From Thermoplasmata archaeon (GTDB lineage: Archaea > Thermoplasmatota > Thermoplasmata > GCA-020350865): a stretch of 64,000 bases of DNA. The position numbers were made by a program, and so were the translations under genes. The DNA is taken from positions 532,903 to 596,902 of the forward strand of contig CP070751.1 of the NCBI GenBank assembly GCA_020348445.1, read 5' to 3'. Shown in pieces: positions 48,401-57,573 of the stretch. A model generated the notes under the pieces. It searched no databases, was not told the origin of the DNA, and worked only from the letters and a program-made list of their open reading frames with translations. Every line of letters starts with the position of its first letter. The first letter of the stretch is position 1.

Positions 48401-51400
48401 AATTGAAGGTGAAATCTCCGTTTCCCTGGTATAGATATACGGCCTCCTGAAAGTCTGCGCCATGAGGATAATCAAATATCAAGAAGTCCCAATTTCCATC
48501 CTCATCAAAATCACCTGAATCCATATCCTTAGCATGTGTTGCCCAAGTGGCTTCGAGATACGGATCAATCTGACTGAAAGGATCTATTGTATCCCCATTG
48601 TTATTATGGAATCTGTAGATTCTTGTTACAGTGTTGTTACCACTAATGGACACCACAAAATCTGTATATCCGTCGTTGTTGAAATCAGCTGCAGTAGAAT
48701 CCGATTTGCTCGTGCCCCAATCTCCTTGAAAAGTAGGTAGTGAGTTGGTGATGGGTACTATGTTGAAATTACAGCAGCCATCATTGAGGAAAAGATATGC
48801 ATCGAAATGCCAGAGATCGTTGATTGGAGGGGTTTTTATTAGGGCTATGAAGTCAAGATCGTCGTCATTTTCGAAGTCAAAAATGTCCAAACCAAGAACA
48901 GGGCCATTAAAGTCTGCAACCAATATTTTTGGACCGAAAGTTGTGCCAATCCATGGAAACAGCCAAATATCACCGTCATATTCACCGACAAGTGCATACT
49001 CTTCTGCGCAAGGAAATGGAATCACCTCAACGTCTGCATGGCCATAAGGGGAATACCCGGCATGTGCAGATACAGTGTATACACCTATTTCGATATCAGT
49101 GGGAACATGCCAGGTAAGTGTACCTGTCCATTCTTCATCAGGATCTAAATAATATAATACCATCAGATGAGAATCATGTTGAGATGCCACATAGTCTACT
49201 TCAACAGGACCAGGATCCCATTTCATTATATGAGCCCATGCACACACTGGCTCCATGTTCCATAATAATGTGGCTTCATCACCGATGTTTTTTACTGTAA
49301 TCCCTATTTCTACGTCCTGTCCCGGGTACACAACATCAGGTGTTAATTCAATCGTGGTTTCCAACAAAGGATTAGGTGGCCCTGTATATTCAGAACAATG
49401 TACATCTAATGTTATCGGACCGTCCGTAATCTCCACAGAAGGCCCCTCTGCGCCAATACCAAGACTATCCCATGCCCAGAAATAATATGAATAATCATCT
49501 CCAGCTTCTGGTAAAATGACTGAGCATCTATAGATTTTACCATCTGTGTAATCATCATCGGAGGGGTCCAGCTCGTACATATCAAATGGGCTGCCATTGA
49601 TTTGTATATCACCTTTGAACAAGTAAAGTTGGGGAAAGCCCAAGAGAGGTGCATGATTATCCTCATCTATATATGTCACAGTAAACAAATAAACTGTACC
49701 TGGCCCTCCACCGGGGGGGTCAACAGTACCTCCTGTTAGAATTGGAGGATGATCTTTAACCACATTAAAATCAATGCCACCAATTATATCCCCTTTAATT
49801 GATCCCGTGACCGTAAAGATACGCGTTTCACCAATGGTTGCATCATCTGGAACATTGACTACAAGAGTCGCTGTTTGGGTTTCAAGGGGGTTTAGTATTT
49901 GTGGATACTCACGTGAACATTTAGTTCCCCATATGTTTTCCATGTCATTAATTTGAGTTACCTCCAGGTAGACCAATGCCGGAGCATCCGTTGGGTTTGT
50001 AACATCGAAAGTAATTACTGCAGGAGAAGAGCCATGGTTTACTTGACAATTCTCCTGACCCTTGTTATTATCTAAATCTGAATCCGATGGATGATATATC
50101 TCAACTTTGATACAACAATGTCCAGCTAAAGTGGGTGTCCAAAATACGCTTGCAGTGGCAGAACCAGGAGATGAGGGGATATTAACATTATCAGTTCCAA
50201 GAAGATTCCAAAGACGCTGGCCCATACCAATCTTAGCCCATTTGAAGTCAACTTGAGTGCCAGATGCAGCAACGCTTCCTGAATTATGAATGGTTGCATC
50301 TATCCTGTACGATGTACCTACCCTAAGATTACCAGAATTAACCAGGGTGGTGCCATCATATATCTTAATTTCCGGGTTGTTCCAAACCGGATTCCCACTA
50401 CCTGGATTAAGATGCCATGTTGAAGGATCCCATTGAGAGTAAATATATGGATCTGGTAATGGTGAAGGCGGAAATACAGTGAAGACACTTACGCCAGTTC
50501 GACCAGAAGTTTGGCCAGTAGCAATGACATTTGCTGGGCCAACAGAATATGGAGAAGGAACTGATTGAATATCATCGATATTACCACTTGATGCGGGGGT
50601 TGAACCAAGATATGTAGTATCAAAATAGAATCTTACAGTTTCTCCATTCGAAAAATCCTTACCTTTTATCCTAAACGGTTGACCGGGTACTCCAGAGCTG
50701 GGTAGTAATTCTGTTATTGCCGCTCCATTAGCTGTAACTGCTATCGATCCTTCATACGGTAAGAAATCTTGTTTGGTTACAGTTATATCTATACTCCCAC
50801 TAGAATATGGCCTAACATTAAATATTACATTCCCAGCTGCGTCTGTATATCCAATTGTGTGCGAGACAACCCCAGATTTATACAGACAAACCCGGGCATG
50901 TGTTACTGGGTCCGTACCATCCGTGACTTTCACCACAAAGTTTTGATAATTGCGAGAGCCTATCGTTGATGGGTGATTAACAGTAAGAGATTGGGGTTGT
51001 CTTGTCCAGATGGGCATTTCTGGGTCGCCAAGAAGATGGAATATCTCAAATTCTTTCTCGGTCGTGGAATCTGTATAACCTGAACCGTGAGTCATTAACA
51101 TATGGATTTTACCATATAACAAAACCTCAGCAAGACTATATAATGAATTTTGGGTGGGTGCCACAAAGTCCGGCCAGATAGCGTCATAGAATCCAAGATC
51201 CATTTGGTCATTATAAAATGTATAACTTATTCGAGTTGCACCTATAAAACCAACAACTCCTGAATTGTTAGCTTTTAATAATGCTTCCCCAAAACAGTCG
51301 GCAGTTTGATCAAATCGACCACTCAGACAATTCATGCTGAACATAACTGGAAGTTCTTGCCCGTTAGTGAGCGATGGGATATGGTTTATTCTAAAGCTGG

Positions 51401-54400
51401 GATGGGACCAACCATTTGGCGAACCGTGGTCTCTATGATTTGCTATAAGTATACCATTATTAAAGGAAGATATAATATCCTGTGTAAGTTGGGCGCTATT
51501 TGGATCACTTGGATAATCATAATATACTTTAGTGCAAGTATATCCTTCACCGGTAAGATAATTATCAATTGTATCTGAAGTTTGAATCCAAACAGGTTGA
51601 CCGGCTGATCCACGAGGCTCATCACTTGCAGCAAGTAATACGTTATCAAACCAATTTGTACCCGTAGGAGGATTTTTTTCATAATTAATGATTTTATCTA
51701 CAACAATTCTCGCTTCCTCAGTTGTTTGAACAGGAATTCGCCCTCCAAAAATATCAGGTAGATAGTCGGGACCATCCACCGTAAAATAATAAAGATCCGT
51801 TCCCGCTGCAGAGGTGGGAATATCCCCCACATCTCCAAATAATAGGACATAAGTTGGTGGTGGAAGCCAGTTATCATACGCATCCTGAATATAATCTTGA
51901 ATATCACTAGCTGTGGTGCCTGTAGTTGCTGTGGTTACCGTCAGCACCCTTAAACCCTTTTTCTGTTTCCAATCGGCTAGTGGTTTAACCTGATTGAGGA
52001 ACTTTTCAGGGGTTATTATTAGATAGTCTACACTGGGTCCCTTAAGCCAGGGGAAATATCTACGTAAAACATATCTTTCTGGAAGTTTGTAATTTAAAAT
52101 ATAAGCTTTACCCAATATTTCAAAGGCTGGTGATTCAAGCCTTTCTTCAATTCCTAATATCTGGGAGGGATGATGATAATTTATCCGCACTTCAATTTTT
52201 GAATATGCTCGTAGTTGTTTGGTAACAGGGTTATATTGAACAGGGTTGATAATAAGTGGAGAGATTCTATGTCCTCTCATTATTACAGGGTCTTCAATTA
52301 TAACATTATTTGCTGGATAAAATGCATCTTTAGAATAGGTCTCGTTGTCTATAACAAATGTCCAATTTGATTGGTTATCTGATAATGGTTCCTGGGCAGG
52401 AAATACATTGTATCCATCTAGTATTATAATGCCTGTGTAGAGTATTTCCACTGATAAATTAACATCGTAGGGTATTTCCAAATACTTTCGTATTTCGGGA
52501 ACTTCCGGCTTACCAATCTCAATTGTCTGTCCCGCATATGGAATATCAAGTTTTTGATATATCTCACCATCGACAGAGACATTAGTAACATACATCCCGG
52601 GGATATCGGAATCTACTACCAATCCTGTGGTATCTGAACATTTCATTTGAACAATAGGTGGAGCTCCGGGTTCTGCTCCAGGAGTAAACTGAATCCATTC
52701 CTTTCCGAATTCACCAACAGTGGGCCCATGAAATGTTTTTGTGCGAACAGGACCTGTGAGACCATCGGAAGCATAGAAGAAATGAGTATAATCATCGCCA
52801 ACTTCAAATAGGGTGACTGTACATGTGTAGATTTTTCCATCCTTGTAGCTTGTATCGTTCAGATCCAACTCATTCATTGTAAACGGGCTTCCATTAACAG
52901 GGACACCTCCCTTGAATAAGGAAAGCTTTGGATGACCTACTACCGGTGGATGCTCGTTTACATCCCTATATGTCACCGTGAATGTAACAATGTCACCCGG
53001 ATTAACAGGATCGGGTGTAACTTTAGGATCTATAAGGTCTGGAGGATTATTCTTTACAACAGTGAGTTCAACCCCTCCAATTAGTTCTCCATTAATACTT
53101 ACAGTAACTGAAATAACACGGGTATCTCCGATTCTTGCATAGTCTGGTGCATTTACTGTCAATCTAGCGGTCTGATTCTCACCTGGTCTCAGGATCTGCG
53201 GGAAATCTCTGTCCACTCTAGTCCCCCAGAGTTGCCAATCTTCCAGGCTTTCGTTCCCCACTCCTGTTTGAGTCACCTCAATATAAGGCAGACCAGTCTG
53301 GTTTGTGGGATTTTCAACAGTGAAAAGAAACTCTCCTGGGGAAGTAATGGGTGATACTCGGGTATTTTCTTGACCTTTATTATTACCTAAATCAGTATCC
53401 CAGGGATGATAGACCTCGACGATTAGGCAGCCAAACCCGGGCACAATGGGCGTCCATTCTACACTCGCGACTACAGGACCACCAAATCCAGGCACATCAA
53501 TTGTATCAGTACCAATATCATGCCAAATATTCTGCCCAGCAGCCCAAAATGACGATTTGAAAGTAACAACAGTGCCAACGGCGTCTCCTGGGCCTGCGTT
53601 ATAAATATCCGCTTCTATCGTATATGTAGTCCCTACTATGAGATCATAGGAGGAGACCGCAACGGCTCCCTCATAAAGCTGGATGCTCGGACTATCCCAA
53701 TGTTGGGCGCCGTCTGCGGCAAGATGCCATGTTGAAGAATCCCATTGACAGTAGGTATAGGGATCTGGTAGAGGTACAGCAGGTAATACCCTGAACAATG
53801 CCACAGCGACGCGGCCTGAGCTCTGTCCTGTGGCAACAACATTGGTGGGTCCCTCAGGGACACTGGGGACTGTAAAGGAAGCGGAAAAAGCGCCTCCTGA
53901 GGCAGTTGTCCATCCGAGATACGTCCCACCAAATACTATGTCTACTGTTTCCCCGTTGTCAAAATTGCTGCCAGTTATGGTGAAAGTAATACCCGGAGGT
54001 CCGATATCAGGGGACACCGTGATAGTTGCTCCACTGGAAGTGACTGCGATAACTCCTTCGTAAGGTCTGTAATTATGCCTGGTTACTGTGATATCCATAT
54101 TCCCACCTGTGGTGGGGGTGATATCAAAGAATGCATGTCCACTCGGGTTTGTATATTCCAAGGTGTGGATTTCAGTTCCTTTTAACAAGCATACAGCAGC
54201 ATTAGATACAGGGCTGGTGCCGTCTGTAACAGTTACTACAAATCTCTGCGGTCCTCCGGAGCCGATTTCCGATGGATGGGAGACAGTAAGAGCCTGGGGC
54301 TGCTGCGTCCAGAGAGACATCTCTGGGTCTCCAAAGAGATGGAATTCTTCATACACAAGTAGTTCCATACTTGCGGATGTAAAAGTTGTGTCCAAGGCCA

Positions 54401-57374
54401 TAAGTAGTTTACCATAGGTATGAATCTGACCAAGCTCAAACATGGCCCCTGTCGTCATCGTAGGATCAAAATCAGGCCATACAGCATCGTAAAAGCCTCT
54501 CGCCAGAGCATCGTTATAACCACTGGGACTATCCCGTGTGGAACCAATAATCCCAACCGCGCCTCCAGAATCATATCTAAGAATTTCTTCGCAGAAACTC
54601 TCAGTGTTCCCGGTATATGGATCTGTTTCGCCATCAAACCAGCCAGTTTGACACGTCACACTGAATACAACAGGTAATTCATCACCGTTTGTCAATCCAG
54701 GAATATCACCATTATGGAAGTCTGGATCACCCCATCCTGTAATTGATCCATGATTCCTGAAATTCACAATAAATCGTCCGGCATTGAAAGCGTTGGTAAT
54801 ATCTGGGGTATCACCATTCCATGGAAAAGGTGGTTGTAAAGCAGGTGGTAGTGGAGCTCCAGCATCGTAAATACCGTTGTTATAATTTGTCGGAGTTACA
54901 CCAGGATCTGTGTTGTAGATCCTTTCTACATCGTAACCTTGTGTTAATAGATAATCTCGAATCTCCTCTGAAGTCAATACAAAACGCCTGTCTTCGAAAC
55001 CATCTCTATCATCCTGTGGAGTACCGGGATCATCTCGATCTTGAAAATGAGCCAATACCGATATATCATCATAAAAGTCGGCATCAGTTGGAGGATTTCG
55101 TTCATAATCGAGGATCTTGTTTACTATTGTAGTGGTTTCTGCGGCAGTATCAACTGAGATCCTACCTACGAAGATATCTGGAAAATGATCGGTCCCATCA
55201 AGTGTACTGTAATACAGATCTGTAGCAGTCATTGTACCATGAGAGGGGTGGACTGTTTGATAATGTGTCGGGATGAACTCTGAATCGCCAACCAATAGAA
55301 CATAGGTAGGTGGCGGGTTCCAGGTATCGTACGCATTCTGTAGATAATCGGTAATCTCATCCTCATCATCAACGAGAGGATCAGTACAGATATTGCTCGT
55401 GACTTCTATCTCTGTCCTCAAGCCTTTCTTCTCTTTCCAATCAGCCAAAGGCTGAACCTGGGTGTCGAAATCATCATGAGATATAATCAAATAGTCCACG
55501 GCAGGACTGTTATGTGGATTATTTCTTCGTGTAGGATATCTATCTGGTGGTTTATAGTTCAGGATAAATGATTCTGCCAACGTTTCAAATGCTTGAGATT
55601 CAAGTCTCTCTTCAATACCCTCTATCTGTGCTGGTTGATTATAATTTACCCTGACTTCGATCTTTGAATGGGCTCTTAATTGTTTGGTAACGGGATTATA
55701 TTGGACAGGGTACAGCTTAAGAGCGATAATTCTATGCCCTCTCATTATTGCAGGTTCTTCCACCGAGACATTAAAAGACGGATAGAAGGCATCAGTCAAA
55801 TAGGTGGTGTTGTCTTTTACAAAATCCGGTTCTTCCGCAGTCTCAGTGTCATAAGGAAATTCCTGTGCAGGGAAAACATTGTATCCGTCCAGTATAATAA
55901 TGCTCGAGTAAAGTATCTCCACTGATAAATTGATATCATAGGGTATTTCCAAATAACTCCGAATTATGGGAACTTGCGGTTTTCCAATATCAGTTGTATG
56001 TGCCGCATTAGGAATTTCAAGTCTTTGATATATCTCATCCTCGACAGGGACATTATTTACATACATCCCAGGAATACTAGAATCTACAGCCAATCCTGTG
56101 TTATCTGAACATTTCATTTGAACAATATATGGAGTTCCGATTTCCACTCCTGGGATGAACGGAACCCATATCTTCACTGTTGGTGGTATAGCTTCTCCAC
56201 CTCCAAGTGAGGTCGTCATAGGTGCTGCGATTGCTGTTACATGGAAGCTTAGCACAGCGATTTCATCTGGGGGCTGGAAATCTTTGGGAGCCGTTCTTCT
56301 GAGGAAATGAACTTTGGGTAGACCGGGATCGGTGAGAGTAGGATTGCTTGCAGCAACAACATCCATCTTGCCATCACCATCAAAGTCGTATGAATCTGCA
56401 GGTGATCCATCACGTTTATCATTTGAGGGGTAGCCGTGAAGCAGGTTCAAATCGAACACTGCCTCGGGATGATCTGGCAAGTTTGCATTGCCATCGCCAC
56501 TGTATATCCAATGCTGACCTGGGTCCCCATCATCGTCTCCTCCAATAATGATGTCAGGATTGCTGTCATGATCAAACTGCCCTGCTGTTATCGTGGCTAC
56601 TGAATTTGGAGTCTTATATGAAGCGAAAATTGGTGGTGCAAAATTAAAGCCTCCAGTCCCGCGGTATATGGCTACCTTGCCTTGGAAGTCTGCCTCTAGT
56701 GGGTAATCAAAGGTCGCAAAATCTCCAAAGCCATCGCCATCAAAATCAGCACTATCCATTTTAGCTGCATGTGTGGCCCAAGTGGCAATATAGGCTGGGG
56801 GAAGGCTGTCAAGTGGTGTAAATGAATTAGTGCCATCGTTGCTAAACCTAAAGTACTCAGTTAGGCCAGACCAATCAATGGAGACTATGAAATCAATATA
56901 ATTATCATTATTAAAGTCCGATGATGTGGTATCTGAGAGGCTGGTCCAATCCAAAGTGGATGGTATACGTGGTATTATCGACATCCATACATTGGTAAAG
57001 GAAGTGCCAGTATTCTCAAAGAGATAGACAGTAAACGAACACGGAGCAGTTGAAGATCTCACCAAGACTATAAAGTCGAGATCATTGTCGTTATCAGAGT
57101 CGAATATGTCCAACCCCATCGGTACACCGTTTGGCACCATGGTGGTAACATCCGCTGCTACTCCCCAGAACGCAAAGGGATAGAATTGGTACAACAAGAT
57201 TTGTCCGTTGTCTTCTCCCACTAATATGAATTTGTCGGGGATTGTATCCGATCCCATACCTCCGCTATCCGAACCTTCATCGCCATTCCCAGCATTTATT
57301 GGCATTGCAAGAACGGTCGAGATCATCATTGCACACATCGCTACACTCCAAAATTTTGATTTCATTCTTTTCAT
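45411..57374 (-). CDS. 3987-aa secreted protein with FG-GAP/VCBS repeats, two propeptide + peptidase C25 (gingipain) modules, CARDB/Ig-like and PKD domains
   Basis: Signal peptide. DxDxDGxxD repeats. VDYLII, YVLL.GD, TDLYY, GRI, NFRNHG/NHRDHG, SVTC/SMNC, GIIGSTR/GFIGATR and FHL.GDPEM each occur twice. YxWDFGDG PKD motifs. Confidence 0.9.
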   Translation of the reverse strand: MKRMKSKFWSVAMCAMMISTVLAMPINAGNGDEGSDSGGMGSDTIPDKFILVGEDNGQILLYQFYPFAFWGVAADVTTMVPNGVPMGLDIFDSDNDNDLDFIVLVRSSTAPCSFTVYLFENTGTSFTNVWMSIIPRIPSTLDWTSLSDTTSSDFNNDNYIDFIVSIDWSGLTEYFRFSNDGTNSFTPLDSLPPAYIATWATHAAKMDSADFDGDGFGDFATFDYPLEADFQGKVAIYRGTGGFNFAPPIFASYKTPNSVATITAGQFDHDSNPDIIIGGDDDGDPGQHWIYSGDGNANLPDHPEAVFDLNLLHGYPSNDKRDGSPADSYDFDGDGKMDVVAASNPTLTDPGLPKVHFLRRTAPKDFQPPDEIAVLSFHVTAIAAPMTTSLGGGEAIPPTVKIWVPFIPGVEIGTPYIVQMKCSDNTGLAVDSSIPGMYVNNVPVEDEIYQRLEIPNAAHTTDIGKPQVPIIRSYLEIPYDINLSVEILYSSIIILDGYNVFPAQEFPYDTETAEEPDFVKDNTTYLTDAFYPSFNVSVEEPAIMRGHRIIALKLYPVQYNPVTKQLRAHSKIEVRVNYNQPAQIEGIEERLESQAFETLAESFILNYKPPDRYPTRRNNPHNSPAVDYLIISHDDFDTQVQPLADWKEKKGLRTEIEVTSNICTDPLVDDEDEITDYLQNAYDTWNPPPTYVLLVGDSEFIPTHYQTVHPSHGTMTATDLYYSTLDGTDHFPDIFVGRISVDTAAETTTIVNKILDYERNPPTDADFYDDISVLAHFQDRDDPGTPQDDRDGFEDRRFVLTSEEIRDYLLTQGYDVERIYNTDPGVTPTNYNNGIYDAGAPLPPALQPPFPWNGDTPDITNAFNAGRFIVNFRNHGSITGWGDPDFHNGDIPGLTNGDELPVVFSVTCQTGWFDGETDPYTGNTESFCEEILRYDSGGAVGIIGSTRDSPSGYNDALARGFYDAVWPDFDPTMTTGAMFELGQIHTYGKLLMALDTTFTSASMELLVYEEFHLFGDPEMSLWTQQPQALTVSHPSEIGSGGPQRFVVTVTDGTSPVSNAAVCLLKGTEIHTLEYTNPSGHAFFDITPTTGGNMDITVTRHNYRPYEGVIAVTSSGATITVSPDIGPPGITFTITGSNFDNGETVDIVFGGTYLGWTTASGGAFSASFTVPSVPEGPTNVVATGQSSGRVAVALFRVLPAVPLPDPYTYCQWDSSTWHLAADGAQHWDSPSIQLYEGAVAVSSYDLIVGTTYTIEADIYNAGPGDAVGTVVTFKSSFWAAGQNIWHDIGTDTIDVPGFGGPVVASVEWTPIVPGFGCLIVEVYHPWDTDLGNNKGQENTRVSPITSPGEFLFTVENPTNQTGLPYIEVTQTGVGNESLEDWQLWGTRVDRDFPQILRPGENQTARLTVNAPDYARIGDTRVISVTVSINGELIGGVELTVVKNNPPDLIDPKVTPDPVNPGDIVTFTVTYRDVNEHPPVVGHPKLSLFKGGVPVNGSPFTMNELDLNDTSYKDGKIYTCTVTLFEVGDDYTHFFYASDGLTGPVRTKTFHGPTVGEFGKEWIQFTPGAEPGAPPIVQMKCSDTTGLVVDSDIPGMYVTNVSVDGEIYQKLDIPYAGQTIEIGKPEVPEIRKYLEIPYDVNLSVEILYTGIIILDGYNVFPAQEPLSDNQSNWTFVIDNETYSKDAFYPANNVIIEDPVIMRGHRISPLIINPVQYNPVTKQLRAYSKIEVRINYHHPSQILGIEERLESPAFEILGKAYILNYKLPERYVLRRYFPWLKGPSVDYLIITPEKFLNQVKPLADWKQKKGLRVLTVTTATTGTTASDIQDYIQDAYDNWLPPPTYVLLFGDVGDIPTSAAGTDLYYFTVDGPDYLPDIFGGRIPVQTTEEARIVVDKIINYEKNPPTGTNWFDNVLLAASDEPRGSAGQPVWIQTSDTIDNYLTGEGYTCTKVYYDYPSDPNSAQLTQDIISSFNNGILIANHRDHGSPNGWSHPSFRINHIPSLTNGQELPVMFSMNCLSGRFDQTADCFGEALLKANNSGVVGFIGATRISYTFYNDQMDLGFYDAIWPDFVAPTQNSLYSLAEVLLYGKIHMLMTHGSGYTDSTTEKEFEIFHLLGDPEMPIWTRQPQSLTVNHPSTIGSRNYQNFVVKVTDGTDPVTHARVCLYKSGVVSHTIGYTDAAGNVIFNVRPYSSGSIDITVTKQDFLPYEGSIAVTANGAAITELLPSSGVPGQPFRIKGKDFSNGETVRFYFDTTYLGSTPASSGNIDDIQSVPSPYSVGPANVIATGQTSGRTGVSVFTVFPPSPLPDPYIYSQWDPSTWHLNPGSGNPVWNNPEIKIYDGTTLVNSGNLRVGTSYRIDATIHNSGSVAASGTQVDFKWAKIGMGQRLWNLLGTDNVNIPSSPGSATASVFWTPTLAGHCCIKVEIYHPSDSDLDNNKGQENCQVNHGSSPAVITFDVTNPTDAPALVYLEVTQINDMENIWGTKCSREYPQILNPLETQTATLVVNVPDDATIGETRIFTVTGSIKGDIIGGIDFNVVKDHPPILTGGTVDPPGGGPGTVYLFTVTYIDEDNHAPLLGFPQLYLFKGDIQINGSPFDMYELDPSDDDYTDGKIYRCSVILPEAGDDYSYYFWAWDSLGIGAEGPSVEITDGPITLDVHCSEYTGPPNPLLETTIELTPDVVYPGQDVEIGITVKNIGDEATLLWNMEPVCAWAHIMKWDPGPVEVDYVASQHDSHLMVLYYLDPDEEWTGTLTWHVPTDIEIGVYTVSAHAGYSPYGHADVEVIPFPCAEEYALVGEYDGDIWLFPWIGTTFGPKILVADFNGPVLGLDIFDFENDDDLDFIALIKTPPINDLWHFDAYLFLNDGCCNFNIVPITNSLPTFQGDWGTSKSDSTAADFNNDGYTDFVVSISGNNTVTRIYRFHNNNGDTIDPFSQIDPYLEATWATHAKDMDSGDFDEDGNWDFLIFDYPHGADFQEAVYLYQGNGDFTFNLNYIFQTEHSVNTITAGDFDNDYNYDTIIGGDDDGDPGQYWLYQGNGDKTFDPPLEVFDKGPAESGYDQLGAGYVDSYDFDKDGNLDVVGTKTYDSITPQGRPCTFFYIRGNGDSTFQPEDDIDSDLLYCTAVAAPPLKLILTTCVDANGPYGTQDDPLYECNTIVFHADKVNPEPGIWYLFRWDFNDDGVWDTPWHPGTTATSDDYQYHYCDDYYGKVVVQAWDGISASMETIQKKVLGEADPTTSMVPTPMIKTVGWRFEVFKDCWVKELGYYDSLSQYYVYNLRLWTDNGVLLRQVWYPWGIPDQWNWYDIPDVPLLAGRYYRVSISYYGRECPAVENPGPNHCVEPTGAYYFWSISFPSIYIGDSPLPMVDIHIGWNETLLEICEDTADVWVTNRPPIVGEIAMTPNPAYEGEEVEFTASFIDPGTCDTWEYRWIFGDGTATEWYPIQKYAGGADILILHTWTDIIDDFKVTLEENSPPCCRIIDDYDFGPFGNDAAPTLALLLNYDVVIVGTNYAPSMSVAEDVGDVLADYMDFGGNVITMCAALDNGPFGIKGRFKDDQYNAVEFSSLNFGWADKGTIYEVDHPILEGVSNVRAFYRYNAISVTPGAIRIVDWTDGTVLAAVKEFPNDARSCALQFYPIATHVDDDWVELIANAIVWTSGQPPPNPLDMPIQLDPITHIYADDHPETMTPWDIFQVEVQVRDDDHNRNVPCETIICETDFPSEEWPPCWSGSGGWRLDPDSTGGYWAITNSTGILSSIHFDLTDLNEQIILEFETEWENWGFGIQNGYIEASSDGGSNWNLIWEMPPSDFTDMMTFDVSFLGGHSDVCLRFRAVIENGGTWAIDNIKFYQLKINIINGLGSATEELTIYNEFPAAVGQSSDTARVDEPHDFEGYKVSDPAMCQPTEWFAYRWDFGDGTITDWDYLGSCNEDIPTISHVWNETGLYYVDLQIIDDDMYWYWDFATGEPVYVGPPGEEENWISHNFILIQVT

Positions 57375-57380
57375 ATTATC

Positions 57381-57444
57381 ACCTCATCCTATTACGGTCT
57401 AACCACAATCATATAACCTCATCCTATTACGGGCTAACCGCAAT
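57381..57444 (-). repeat. 29-nt direct repeat (period 35, 2 mismatches) duplicating the RBS region of the giant protease gene
   Basis: acctcatcctattacggtctaaccacaat (57381-409) and acctcatcctattacgggctaaccgcaat (57416-444). Confidence 0.9.
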
Positions 57445-57573
57445 TAATTATATTATTTGTGATATATTTATACGATGTCCCTTGTTTCATCGTTAAATCA
57501 TCGAAAAACTTAAATCGGCAGTTTCATATTCATATGCTAAGTCGTTTAGCAGGTGTCGGGGAGGGAGACATAT

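Noticed and set aside
57381-57444. 29-nt direct repeats as a mini-CRISPR
   Set aside because: Only two copies with a 6-nt gap, and the unit contains the RBS.
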